Assembly: GCA_015680685.1 (NCBI GenBank)
Contig: MNCI01001817.1
Span: 842,828-906,827 of the forward strand
Direction: 5' to 3'
Length of the DNA: 64,000 nucleotides
Source: Gnetum montanum
Lineage: Eukaryota; Plantae; Gnetophyta
How positions within the stretch are numbered: position 1 is the first letter of the stretch; every line of letters begins with the position of its first letter. The position numbers and the translations under genes are program-made. Of the stretch, positions 51,901 through 64,000 are shown piece by piece. Under the pieces are notes generated by a model. That model did not search any database, had not been told where the DNA came from, and saw only the letters and a program-made list of their open reading frames with translations.

Positions 51901-52620
51901 TTAATTGGCAACCTTGATGAAGTGACACGAGGCATTGGGTTCGAGGAGAAGGATGCACCACAGTGTTGGACTTGTGCTAAGTTGGAGAATGTAGTGACCT
52001 TAGAATTGTGTTGTCCCTTCCTATGATCATGTCTAAAGAAGGGACACCTTTGATGTTGTTGAGGTCTCTCACTGCTGTTGGCAATAGTAGCATAAGTAAC
52101 ATTCGTGGGTTGTTGCTGTGGTGCAAACACTTCAGGAATAGTTGGTGGCAATGTAGAAGGAGGGAAAGGATGAGAATGTTGAAATTTAGGATAAGTGTAA
52201 GGTATACAAGGCGGTGGTTGTGTTGAAGACATGGGCTAATAGTATTGAGGAGAATGATAATGCGGCGAGATAGAGTATGTTGACCCAGTTGGGGAAACAG
52301 GATGTTGAGCTAGATAAGCATTTAGATTCGGATGATATGAAGGGTGTCTCCAGTTTAGGGGTGGCTTCCCCCATGACTGGGATTGTTGCCACTTTGATTG
52401 AACACAGTATCTCTGTACGAAATCTGGGTGTAACGTGCTTCCCTAATGCTCATATAGATGTAACAAGATTGGGCATTGACCCTTGGGGTGATCATACAGG
52501 AAAATGTTGCATGCATACATATGATTGGCAGTTGAGTCCTTATCTTCCTCATTCCTTCTTTTCGATTGTCTAATGATACTTTGTCTTGCTTCTCGGGTTG
52601 TCAAAACTCTATCTCCAATT
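45944..52620 (-). mobile_element. 3' half of a Tat/Athila-like gypsy element with extra ORFs; gag-pol and 5' LTR absent
   Basis: 3' LTR at 45944-46752, homologous to the solo LTR at 7308-8359 and preceded by PPT-like GTGGGGGTA. Decayed sense ORF at about 47040-49760 (plant-transposon-protein-like region plus coiled coil). Inserted just after the LINE RQGCPLS motif. Confidence 0.8.
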
Positions 52621-54453
52621 GGCTCCTTCTCTTTTGATGTTATTTTCAGGGTAATAGGCTTTTCTTTTATTGCTCCTTCACTTAAGAGATTCATTTCATA
52701 AGTAATAAGAGCACTATGGAGCTCTTCAAATTTAAGGATAAAAAACTCTCTAATTTCTTCAATAGCTAGGTCCTTATGTTTAAATTCAAGCTATAGTATT
52801 CTAATAATTTTTATAATTACATTGCTTTAAGGTAAGTCCTTACTTGTACCTCTAATTGCTATAATAAAATCATTTGTCCTAGAGAAATAATCTTTAATCT
52901 TTTCACCTTCCCTCATCTTAAGTTTTTCATATTCACTTTGCAAGACCAAAAGTTTTGATTGTTTGACTATAGATGTGCCCTCATAGGTAGCCTATAAGGT
53001 CTTCCAAATTTCCTTAGCAATCTTACACTTAGATATTGTATTAAATTCTAATTTATTTAATGCATAATATAAATAATTTTTTGCTTTAAAATCATACATA
53101 AACTTATCTGTTTCTTTAGTCATTCGTTTGTTCCATGGCTTGAGAACTTTTGATGTGCTATCGATGAGTGGTATATAACCTTCAAGGATTTACTCCGATA
53201 TCTTGAATTCCATGGACTTGAAGAAGCCTTGCATCCTTACCTTCCAATATGCAAAGTCAAACTTGTTAAACATCGGTGGCTTTGTGTAAGATGTCCCCTC
53301 CATAATTCACTCTTAAAAGTTGAAGCATGAACTTGAGAGTACTAGGCTTTGATACCACTTGTGGATTGAGAGCTTAGAAGTGGAGGTTGAATAAGTTCGC
53401 CAATAAAAATTGCACTAGCCAGAAAAACACATCAAATTTTACATATTTTCCCAACTTGGGTATGTCCACACTTGGAGGGTAGAATTTGTGCATACCTCTA
53501 GACTTTGTTTCTTCAAAAAATGTGGTTTGAAGGGCACCACACTCTATACAAACTCTAAGCTCTGCTATGGAGTGTTTCATCTTTGTAAAACAACTTAACC
53601 TCGAAAGGTCCCAACAAGCCTAGAATGTGGTTTCAAGTATCCCAAAACCTTTACAAAATTGAGCTCTACTCCGGAGTGTTTTGATGTTGCAAAACCACTG
53701 AATCTTGCAGGATCTTGACAAGCTCAATACGAATGCCTTCTCACAAGAAGCACATCAACCCTGTAGGACTACAAGAATGAAAGAAAAGAACAAGGAAAGA
53801 ATGTAACTAAATTTATAGATCCTTGTACTTGAAGCTTAGTACAAATCACAATCAAGAAAATGATGTTATAATAAGGAGCAAGAATAGAATTTCATAGAAT
53901 ATATAATGAAGAGCTTTTATGTGAAGAGTTCTTGCACAATTCCCAAGATTTTATCATCATCTTATAACTTTGGAGTTTTCAAAAACTCGTTAGAATTCAT
54001 GTAATGGCTACCAAAAAGCTAGAGTAGACATCTACTTCAAAGTTGAGATGTCTAATTGAGATTGGCCTTAATGTAGGAGAGACGTCTATCTAGCAAGTGG
54101 GACATCTACAGTGGGATGTCTACAATGAGACGTCTACTGATAGGAATAGACGTATGTTGTTTTGTCAAGATGTCTATGAAACTTTTGAACTTTGAATTTT
54201 AAGGCTTTCTCTTATTAAATTATCTTCTTGGTAGTCCTTGAAGCATCTTCACTTGACTTTTAGACTTTGTTTTCATCCATGCTCTCATCTTTCTCATGTA
54301 GTCTTCTCTTTGACATCTTGATGTTGGAGTGTTTCCTTGAGTTCTTAGATCTCTTTATGGAGTTCTTTTTCATGTCTTGCAGAATCATTATCCATCATAA
54401 ACATTCTATATTCTCCATTTTCCTTAATTTTTTGACATATCCAAAGGTTAACA
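52620..54453 (-). mobile_element. SIRE/Maximus-like copia: 5' LTR, PBS and gag, truncated
   Basis: LTR at 53360-54453, PBS reverse complement GCTTTGATACCA at 53346-53357, gag MEGTSYTKPPMFNKFDFAYWKVRM. LTR end resembles the SIRE CCTATTCACCCCC motif. Confidence 0.8.
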
Positions 54454-54570
54454 CACCCCAAGATATATAGTCTAACTAGAACTTTATAACTCAGCATTAC
54501 CCACTAGAATCAAACCCATGACTTGGACCTTTCAAATCAAGAGTCCTATCACTAGGCTAATACCTCATTA
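54454..54570 (-). mobile_element. SINE head fragment of the same family as 36200-36315, cut by the SIRE LTR
   Basis: Direct similarity: AGATATATAGTC...CATTACCCA...AATCA(G/A)ACCCATGACTTG...ACTAGGCTAA(C/T)ACCTCATT. Confidence 0.7.
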
Positions 54571-55750
54571 TTGTACTTAATACTTTGAAATTAGTTGTAC
54601 TTATTGTATTAAAAACTAACATACATTGAAAATGTAAATAACATAAAAATATAAGTGAAAATTAAAATGCAAAGTACATATGGAAAATAAATCTATGCTA
54701 TTTGAGATGCTACAATGATCATAAAAAATTTTGATCTTTATTACCATCCATGAAGCATGTATAGGTATACTTCACTTAAATAAGGATGTCATACAACTAC
54801 TTAAGATCATATTGAAGGTACTTACAACTAATCATGACTTCAAGAAAACAAGCTCCAAGATTTTTGGTAAGAGTGAACAAAATGTTATTGGTTGGTGTGA
54901 CAAGCAACATGTATTTATAAATATGAGTAGGTCCAAATACATCATATCAATGACATCAAAGGTAGAGATACAATATCATACATGTGATATTATTTATAAC
55001 TAATACATAGTTCATCAAAGGGAATGCATTTTTAATATTTTCATCCATATAACCAACCATTTAAAACCTTTTCTTTGAGATAGAAAAAGGATTAAATCTT
55101 GTCCTTATTTAGAAGCACCCTCATGTTTTTACTTCTTACTAAAAATTTCTTATAAAGAGAAGAAGAATACTCTCTCTAAACATAAAAGAAAGTATTATTC
55201 AAAACTACTAAAAAAATAATAATGAAAGCTTATAGCTTTCCTAACCTGAGCCTTTAAAACAAATGAAATTCGTATTATAGGAAGAAAATTAATTATTTAG
55301 CATTCACTAGAAGATTTTTTGCTTAAAATTGTAATTGAAAAATAACATATCTCACAAAATCTATTATTTAACTCTTGAAGAGAGATTATACTTATGCTCT
55401 TACTACTAAAACATTACTGCACATTGAAGCTTAAAAATAGAATAGAAAATAAGTAGCCAAAGATACTTTCAAATACAAAGAAATGAACTAGATAAAATAG
55501 GTTGATCACCAATAATGATATTTATTGATGTTTGATTAGAAGTTGCAAATTCTAAATGTCATTTTTCAAGCATATTATATAATTAGACATTCAAGTAAAT
55601 AAGTTGTGAAAATGAGTTATCAGTTTCACAAAAAGGATATTAAGGAAAAACAATTCCTATATGTTCAAGAAAAATGTCAATAGAGAAAATTTGATGTATA
55701 AGAAAATATAAAAAATTATGAATTTTTGAAAAAGTAGAAATTTTGCAAAT

Positions 55751-58700
55751 TGTTGGGTTTTTAAGAGTAGAAGACAATAATTTTTTGTTTTATTATACAA
55801 TAAGAGTTTATTTTTATAAAATATAGGAAATTTTTAGATTTATGGGTAGTTTTAATGTTATTTTAACTCCAATCCATGTATATAATTAATTTTTATAGTT
55901 TTTTTGGGTCATTGGGACTATGTTATATTATGTTTAGTACACTTTGACTGACTTGTGTGTCATTTTGCAACATTTTTGAGTGATTCCAAATTTATTAGGA
56001 AAATAGAAAGGTGGATATATGTATTGAAAATTTCAATTCAAAATATATTGTGATTTGGAAGAAATTTTCTTTGCAATTTGACATATTTTTTAAATCTGGA
56101 ATTTTTACTAGAATGAATGACAGTGAATGATTAGCTTATTTCTCCCTCATTACACAAGGATTTAATGTGAAATTATATTTATTTGAAAGATAATATTTGT
56201 GTAAAGGTCAATTAAAATTTTAGCTTTAAAAACTTAATAGATTTTGAGTAATCATCTCTCAAAGTAGTACTATCAATATTACTATGATTTTTAATAGACT
56301 GGAAAGAACATAATATAACCTCAGCATTTAGATATCTTTTCAATTTGTAGAGAAATTCCTAAGCTTTCCAAAAATACAAATTTTATTAGATAATTCATTG
56401 TAAAGTCAAGGTTACCAAGTAATTCTTTTATTGCTTGAAATTCCTTCACTTGGAATTGAAGCATTAGGTTCACCTACAAAAATGAGCATAAAAGACATAG
56501 ATAGATACTCCATTATCTTTAATGGCTCTCAAGATTTTAGCCTATGGACAAGGATAATGAAATGCCTCCTTGAACATAATGACTTTTGGGATATAGTTGA
56601 AACAAGTTTTGAATTCATCCATGATTTTGAAGATTTCATGAGATTACAAAATAAAGAATGTAAAACAAAGAAAAAGAATAACAATTTGGCTCTCATGATG
56701 CTATTAACTAGTATCTCATAAGTCATTTATAGCAGATATAGTCTTCATAATATTGCCAAATAAGTGTGAGATAATCTCCAATTAGAATACAAGGAAATCT
56801 TGAAAAATGAACAATTACATCAAGTAATCTACAAACAAAAATATGATACCTTGTAAACTGAAAGAAATAAAAGTATTGAAGACTTCTTTATTAGAATGTA
56901 TAATAGCTTATGAAAAATAGATGAATGGTAGTAGATATATCAATAGGAAAAAATATTTAGAAATTTTTTCAAGCTCTCTACATAGATCCAAGATTTGAAA
57001 ATATGATGGAAAACATTACTCTTTCAAAGGACTTCAATATGGTTAGTATCAATGAATTAGTTATTCAAGTCAAAACCCTATAAATTATGAAGAATAACAA
57101 AGAATATAGTGAAGATGATCAAGCCTACGTAACTAATAAAAGATGAAGAAATAGGTAAGAAAGATTTAGAGAAAGAAGGACATTCAATTATCAAAATAGA
57201 GATCAAGAAACAAACATAGAAGAAAATGGTGGTCAAAATAAAAGAGGAAGAGAAAGAGGTTTAGCTAGAGAAAGAGGCATATAGAATTAATCTAGAAGAA
57301 AAAGATATGATCAAGACATCATTACATTTTGCAACTTTTGCAAAAGGAAAGATCATACCATTGACCAATGCTAGATTTGAATTGGTTTTGAAACAATACA
57401 TATATAAGCTTCACAAATAGAATAAGATGCTCCCTCATCATCTCAAAATGATACTTAAGAAGAAGAGCCAAAAAATTATGTCATTTTCAATTCAATGAAA
57501 GAAATAAATAAAGTTTCTTGGATTATATATAGTGGATGCTCCAATCACATGACATCCTACAGAAATTATATTGTAAATTATAGAATAACTATTAGTCTTG
57601 GAAACATTCAAATTGGAGATGGAAAATACTTAGTCATAGAAGGAACATGGGATTGTGTAGTTAAATTAATAAATAGATAAAAATTAACCATTTCCAATGT
57701 GTATTATGTTCTTAATCATTTTACCCTCTCATCTCTATTGGATAAGTCTCTAAGGAAGGAAACGATATCAGTTTCAAAAGCAATTTTGCATTATCAACAA
57801 ACCCAATGATGAAGAAATCATGAAAGTAAAAGCCTTGAATAACATAATATATTACCTTGAATGTGACTATCTCAATGAAAAGGGAGACATCATAAGCAAC
57901 CATACTACTCAAGAAAATCATGTTCTTACAACAAAAGCTAATCAAAACCCAAAGAAGAATGAATTCAAGGAAAAGAATAATGAGGATTTCAACAAGTCTA
58001 GACTTTGGCATGGAAGGCTTGGTCACATCTCCTATCAAAAAATTGAAAGAATGCTCAAACAGGAAAAATCTATAGGAATAAAAATTTTAGATATTTCTCA
58101 AGAAAAATGTGAAACTTTCATACAAGAAAATCAAGCCAATTATCTTCATAACTCTTGCATGATATAGAAGGAAAAACCATATGATCTTTTACACATGGAT
58201 CTTGTTGAGCCAATTTCCACTGTTTGAATAGAAGGGAAAAATTATTTCATGGTCATAGTAGATGAATACTCAAGATAAACTTGGAATTAAAATTTGAAGT
58301 AAAAGGATGAAGCCATCAAATACTTTGAAAATTTTCATAAACTAATTAAAATCTCCATGAATGTTAAGATTAAGGCCATCAAATAAGAGAGGAGGTGAAT
58401 TCGCAAATAAAGAATTTGATAAGTTTTGTAAAGAAATTGATATCTTTCATTAGACCACATGTGGATATAGCTTGTAATTAAATGGAGTAGCTAAAAGAAA
58501 GAATAGAATAATACAAGGTCTGGCAATGTGCTTACTAAAGCATGCCTCATTACCTAACCAATATTAGAGTATGACCATCACAACTCCTTGTTATATTTTT
58601 AATCAAATCATAACCAAAATAAATGAAGACAGATCTTCATATGAATTTCTATATAACAGAATTCCAAACGTAAGTCATAAGAGAATATTTGGGTGTCATT

Positions 58701-60606
58701 ACTATGCAAAAACCCCTAAACAATTCATTGATAAACCTAAAGATAGAGGAAAGAAATGCATCTTTCTTGGTTATGATTCTCATACTAGTGAATATAGGTG
58801 CTATTACCCAATGAATCAGAAATGGTGTGTTTCAAGGGATGTCATATTTGATGAGGCAAAATTCAATACAAGTAATGTTTTCAAACAACAAGAGAAATTA
58901 GACATATATCAAAGTTTTAAATCTTGGGTTTAAAGAGACCATTCTTACACTTAAATGCTAGAGACAAATTTTGAAAGAAAAGTTACAAAATCACAATATT
59001 AAAAATATGGCATATTCACCAGTATCAAGTGAACTAACCAATATCAATAAAGCCATAAAATTAAAATTATAGAAAGAAGCCATGGACAAAGAGAATAATG
59101 TCATTCTAAGAAATAACACATGGGAATTAGTGGATAAACTAAAAGATAAAAATGTTATTGATTGTAAGTGATGGTATAAAACAAAGTACAATGAGAAAGG
59201 AGAAGTTATAAGGCATAAAATAGGACTTGTATCAAGAGAATCCAAAAAAAAGAAAAGAAACACATTGACCATGAGAAAATCTTTGCACTAGTGGCTAAAT
59301 TTGAAACCATCAAACCTATTTACATTAGGTCAAAAGAGCAACTTGTTGATTTACTTACAAAGGATCTCTTGTCTCATAGGATCAAGTGCCTCAATGAATC
59401 TATAGAAATTCAAAGCATGAAAAAGGAAGGAGAACACAAAGATAAAGAATGAAGATTAACTTCCACTCTAAGGAGGGATTGTTGATTTTTTAGAGTAGAA
59501 GACTAATTTTTTGTTTTTATTATATAATAAGAGTTTATTTTAATAAAATATAGGAAAATTTCAGATTGATGGGAATTTGTAATGTTATTTTGACTCCAAT
59601 CCATATATATGTTTAATTTTTAAAGGCTTTTTTTTAAAATCATTTGGGCTATATTATATTATTTTTAGTAAACTTTGCCCTAGTTTTCTCTCTCTCTCAC
59701 ACACACATATCCAAGGCATCTCTTGGAAATTTGATCACAAAATTATAAAAGTAAATTTAGCAAGAATTTTAAATTTCATCATCAATTCATCAATCTTTTA
59801 GAAATTCATAAATTCATCAATGTTCATCAACATCAATCATCATTATTTACTAAATATTGGAAGTTGAACAATTAGAATTGGGGATATTTACTATTTCAAT
59901 CATATATTAGTCATTTCATAAAATTTTTTAGTTTTTCAAGATATTTTAGAAATTTAGAATAGGTGGTTACGTGCAATGAAAATTTTAACTTGAAATATAT
60001 TAATTTTTTGGAAGAAATTCACTTTGTAATTTGGCATATTTTCTAAATATAGAATTTTTACTAGAATGAATGATAATCACTGATTAGCTTATTTCTCCCT
60101 CATCACTCAACTATTTGATATGAAATTAAATTTATTTGAAATTTAATAGTTGTGGGAATGTTTAATTAAAACTTTAACCTTAGAAACTTAAAAACTTTTT
60201 AGTTATCATCTATCAAAGTAGCACTTTCAAAATTGCCAGCTTCACAACTCCATATTGATATGACTTCTATTGCCCTGGTATAAATACCTTAGGTTAAACC
60301 CCTAAAGGTCACCTCAAAAGATATGTCTATTATTACAACTACCCCTTTTGGGTCTTGTTATGATAATCACAATACTTGTTATGAGGAAACACCTTCTTTG
60401 TTATGTAGCGACATCATTTGGGAATGGGGACATTACAAATTTGAAAGAACATAACATAACCTTAGCTTCTAGATATATTTTGTGGTACTTAATTTTTCCA
60501 AATTGTAGAGAAATTATTAAGCTTTCCAAATGTACAAATTTTATTAGCTAATTCATTATGAAGTTAAGATAACTAAGTAATTTTTTCATTGCATGAAACT
60601 CCTTCA
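55751..60606 (+). mobile_element. Ty1/copia element D with both LTRs, lacking most of RT and RNase H
   Basis: LTRs at 55751-56448 and 59480-60606, TSD CAAAT, degenerate PBS at 56451, PPT AAGGAGGGAT. Gag, PR and INT present. RT jumps from VAKFETIKPI to YIRSKEQLVDLLTK near 59320. Confidence 0.9.
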
Positions 60607-62269
60607 CAAATATCATCCTTTTGTCTCATCTAAAAGTATAATGATAATTGTATTTTACAAATCTTATTGGATTTGTTATGAATCAAATGATTCTTGGTAA
60701 TAACCCCATTTATAACTTTGGAGTTAAAATGAAAAATAGATATGCCATTCTTCCAAAATAATTATGGAAAAGCTTGACGCAAATAAATGTCAAGGTTAAA
60801 TAAATTATTAAGATTAGACATTAATTTTTCAAAATTTTTTCTTAACTATCGATTCAAACCATAGAGGCTAGAACCTCATTCCATGTAATTAATTTATCAT
60901 GAATATGTAGATAAGAAGCTATAGTAACTCCAAATTTTCTTCAAGTGCTACACAATTTGGATGCATGGGTAGCCTAAGATCCTTCATTAAAAAGAAGCTA
61001 GCCTAGATTGAATTACTTAAGCATATCTTCTAAAAATGTAATATTGTTATAATTTCAATACTTATTAAGCATGGATCATGTCTTCCAAATTTGCTTATAT
61101 ACTAAAGAATTATGAATCAAAATGTGTTGAGGAAAAAGAAGATAATGAAAAAAGTTATTAAAAGATCAATTATTATCATTTTTGGTTTTTCTTGCATAAG
61201 TTTATTTATAAAAAAGAGTATCTAAACATCATCACCATCAATGTACTTTGCAATTCATTTTACTAAGAGAGAAATGCATTGCCTATAATAATTAATGAGG
61301 TTAAGTTCTCCATCTTTCTTGATACCAATGTGAATATTCCAAGCAACTCTATAAATGCCTTTACTATGTTCTTTAATGAATCAAAGAAAATAATAAATAA
61401 TTTGATCAATTCTATTGTAGGAAGCTTTTGTATAAGCTATACAACTAGAGTAATAAATATAAGTATATTAAAGCATATGATAAATAACTAAAACTTTGCC
61501 AGTAAGGATGAGATTGTCTTCTTTTCCTTTATATAGCATATCTTAATTTTATCAATAACATAATTTCATAAAATATTCAAATTAGGCTCAAAGAAAAAAG
61601 GGTACTTCTAAAATATAGAAAATAAAATCTTTTTCAAGCTTTTCTAATTCTTGAAAGTAACCCACATCAATATTATTCTTACAATACACAACATATTTTT
61701 GCCGATTGATATGAGAGCCAAGTAAAATGTAATATTCCTACATTCTAGCTAATAGAATATTGTTGTAGGTAATTATTGATCATAAAAAAGGAATCATATA
61801 CAAAGTGCATCTTTTGGGTTTTGGCTTTGTTTGATTAATGCACAATTATGGTTTAAAAACATATGTTTGGAATATAAATTTGATAATGCATAATCATGCA
61901 TTTTGGATTTGGATTTATGTTTCTATTATTATGTCAATGTTCTATTTTTAAATTTATTTACTTTTAATCTAATTTGAATTTTATTTAATTTTGCCAAATT
62001 TTTGTGTCCTTTTAGTAGGGTTTTTAGAGAGCTTTAGGTTTTTTGGAATTAATTTCACCTATGATAACTAGTGTGTAGAAGGTAATTATTTTTTTCATGG
62101 TTGTGTAGATACTAAGGCACTTTTTGACAATCATACGACCATTGCAAACTTTGTTATTCTTGTGTTAAGGTTGTTTCGATTATTAGGGTTTTACTTGTGT
62201 CATTTCAACACTCAAAACATAGTTTTAGCTTATTTGTGAAAGAAGGAAATAAGGAGAGATAATATCCAA

Positions 62270-62430
62270 AATCCATTAGGGTTAAACAATTTATAATTTG
62301 AAATTTTGTAAGACTTAGGACTCATCAATTATTTGATATTTCATAATACTTAGGGGTCATCAACTATTTAACATTATATGAGACTATGGGCTTATTAACT
62401 ATTTGGCAAATAGGAGACTTGGGGATCCTC
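62270..62430. repeat. Degenerate minisatellite, about 35 bp x4-5
   Basis: Recurring AGACTTAGGGGTCATCAACTATTTGACAT-like unit. Confidence 0.7.
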
Positions 62431-63471
62431 AACATTGAAGAATTTGACATATGATTTATATGTTTCACCATCATCCCAAGTTTTGATTGAAATATTGGTT
62501 TGTTTTCTAATGTTTTTTGTTTAAATTGGGTAGATTAGCTATTTCACTATTAACTTAGTTTTATTTGTTTGATTTGGTAGAGCTAGCATGGAGGAAGTGA
62601 TTAGTTGATTTTAAAGGAACCTTGAGACATTAGTGAAATATTCGCTCTTTGTAGTAGTGAAGCTCATATCATGTTGGCCTTTAATGAATTTTACATGGAG
62701 TGATTACAAAAGAAGACCTTTATCTCCTTGATCTTGGATAATGACAAAAACTAAGGTGGCTTGATAGCCTTAGTATTAGATTTAAGAAACATTAAATAGG
62801 TCATACAAGCATATTTTGTTTGATTTTGGCTTTGGGTAAATCTTTTTTGCACAAAAAGTATACATCTTAACTATCTTATTTGGACAATGAGCAATGAAGC
62901 ATTCAGGTAACAGCTACAATGTCATTGTCATAGCTATGATGTTGTATATTTTCATATGACATTCTTTATATGATGTATCTAAGGTTGGTAAAGTTTGTAA
63001 ATACCATCCACCTATCACATAAAATGCATCTTTCCATCATAGTTATAGCCAAACTCTTGTAATTTTGTATTGTGACATAAAGAATAGTTAGCGAGTGCCT
63101 ATAACATGAATTCAAGTTAATTATATAGAGTCTTATTTGAGTGGAATGTACCTAAACACCATCTAGAATTGATAATATGATCAAGATTAATTCCCATTCA
63201 TTGTAGGAATCTAATAGAGCTTAATAGTTCCTTAATTGTAATTTAATTTTCCTTATTTATTTACTTCCTACATACATAGTTAATCATTTCCATTTTCATC
63301 CATGGTAATTATGCAAAATTAGATTGACCAATTTTAAGCATAAACTCATTGTTGTTTTGTAATCCCAATAGTGTGCTACTTGGTATTGCTAATAATGGAT
63401 ACCTCGTAACCCAATAATGCTAGTAAGAGTTCAGGATGTATATAATAAGTTGGGAATGGATGTCTATTACA

Positions 63472-64000
63472 TGTGAATCAAGAACTTAGAAAGGGGTTAA
63501 ATAAGTTTCCCAATTAAAACAACCAACCAAAAATCACACATAAATTTTAAGTGGTTTCCCAACTTGGGTACCTCCACACTCAGAGAGTAGAATCCTTTCA
63601 CATCTTTGGACTTTATTCCTTAGCAAAATGGGGTTTAGAGGGCATCATAATCTCTACAAAATTTGACCTTTTCTTCGAATTGTTTTGATGCTATGAACAC
63701 ACTCAATCCCACAAGCTCCCAACAAGCTCAAAATATGGTTTCAAGGATCCCACAACCTTTATAAAATGTGAGCTCCACTTTGGAGTATTTTTTCATTGCA
63801 AAACCACTCAATCCTGCAAGATTCCAATAAGCTCAAAAGATGCCTTCTCACAAGAGGCACATGAACCCCATAGGGCTTACAAGAAAGAAGAAAAGAATCA
63901 AGAAAAGAGTTTAACTTAATTTACAAATTGCTTGCAATGAGGCTCTCAAAACATTCAACACAATACAAATGATTGAAACAATGAAAAATAAAGTCAATTC
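63472..64000 (-). mobile_element. SIRE-like LTR, same family as 53360-54453, running off the window
   Basis: Colinear similarity with about 53360-53870. No PBS next to 63472, so it is a solo or 3' LTR. Confidence 0.85.

Noticed and set aside
62270-62430. CRISPR-like array (also 21952-22075 and 35860-36250)
   Set aside because: Eukaryotic context, head-to-tail degenerate units without unique spacers, and no cas genes.
62560-63460. Possible Harbinger or Myb-like relic
   Set aside because: No motif I could support by eye.

Overview
Land-plant nuclear DNA, AT-rich and CpG-depleted, made mostly of nested, decayed retrotransposons. One host gene is present: a minus-strand METTL23-like (family-16 SAM-dependent) methyltransferase. 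Six coding exons are recoverable by hand (35351 to 10300). Intron 2 is 23.3 kb and TE-filled, and the last exon apparently lies left of the window. The TEs include several Ty1/copia elements (two with both LTRs and 5-bp TSDs), a CRM-like Ty3/gypsy element, the 3' half of a Tat/Athila-like gypsy element with extra ORFs, SIRE-like LTRs, solo LTRs, L1-type LINE remnants and tRNA-derived SINEs. The most unusual signal is a pair of poly(A)-tailed retroposons (about 6954-9317 on -, 16447-18383 on +). They show no RT or endonuclease, and both decayed ORFs end in a homologous J-domain-like (DnaJ/Hsp40) segment. In one copy this segment is fused to a LINE-ORF1 DUF4283 domain; in the other, to a plant-transposon-protein-like region plus a long coiled coil. 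All domain calls are by eye from manual translation and need HMM confirmation. Single n characters mark assembly artefacts.
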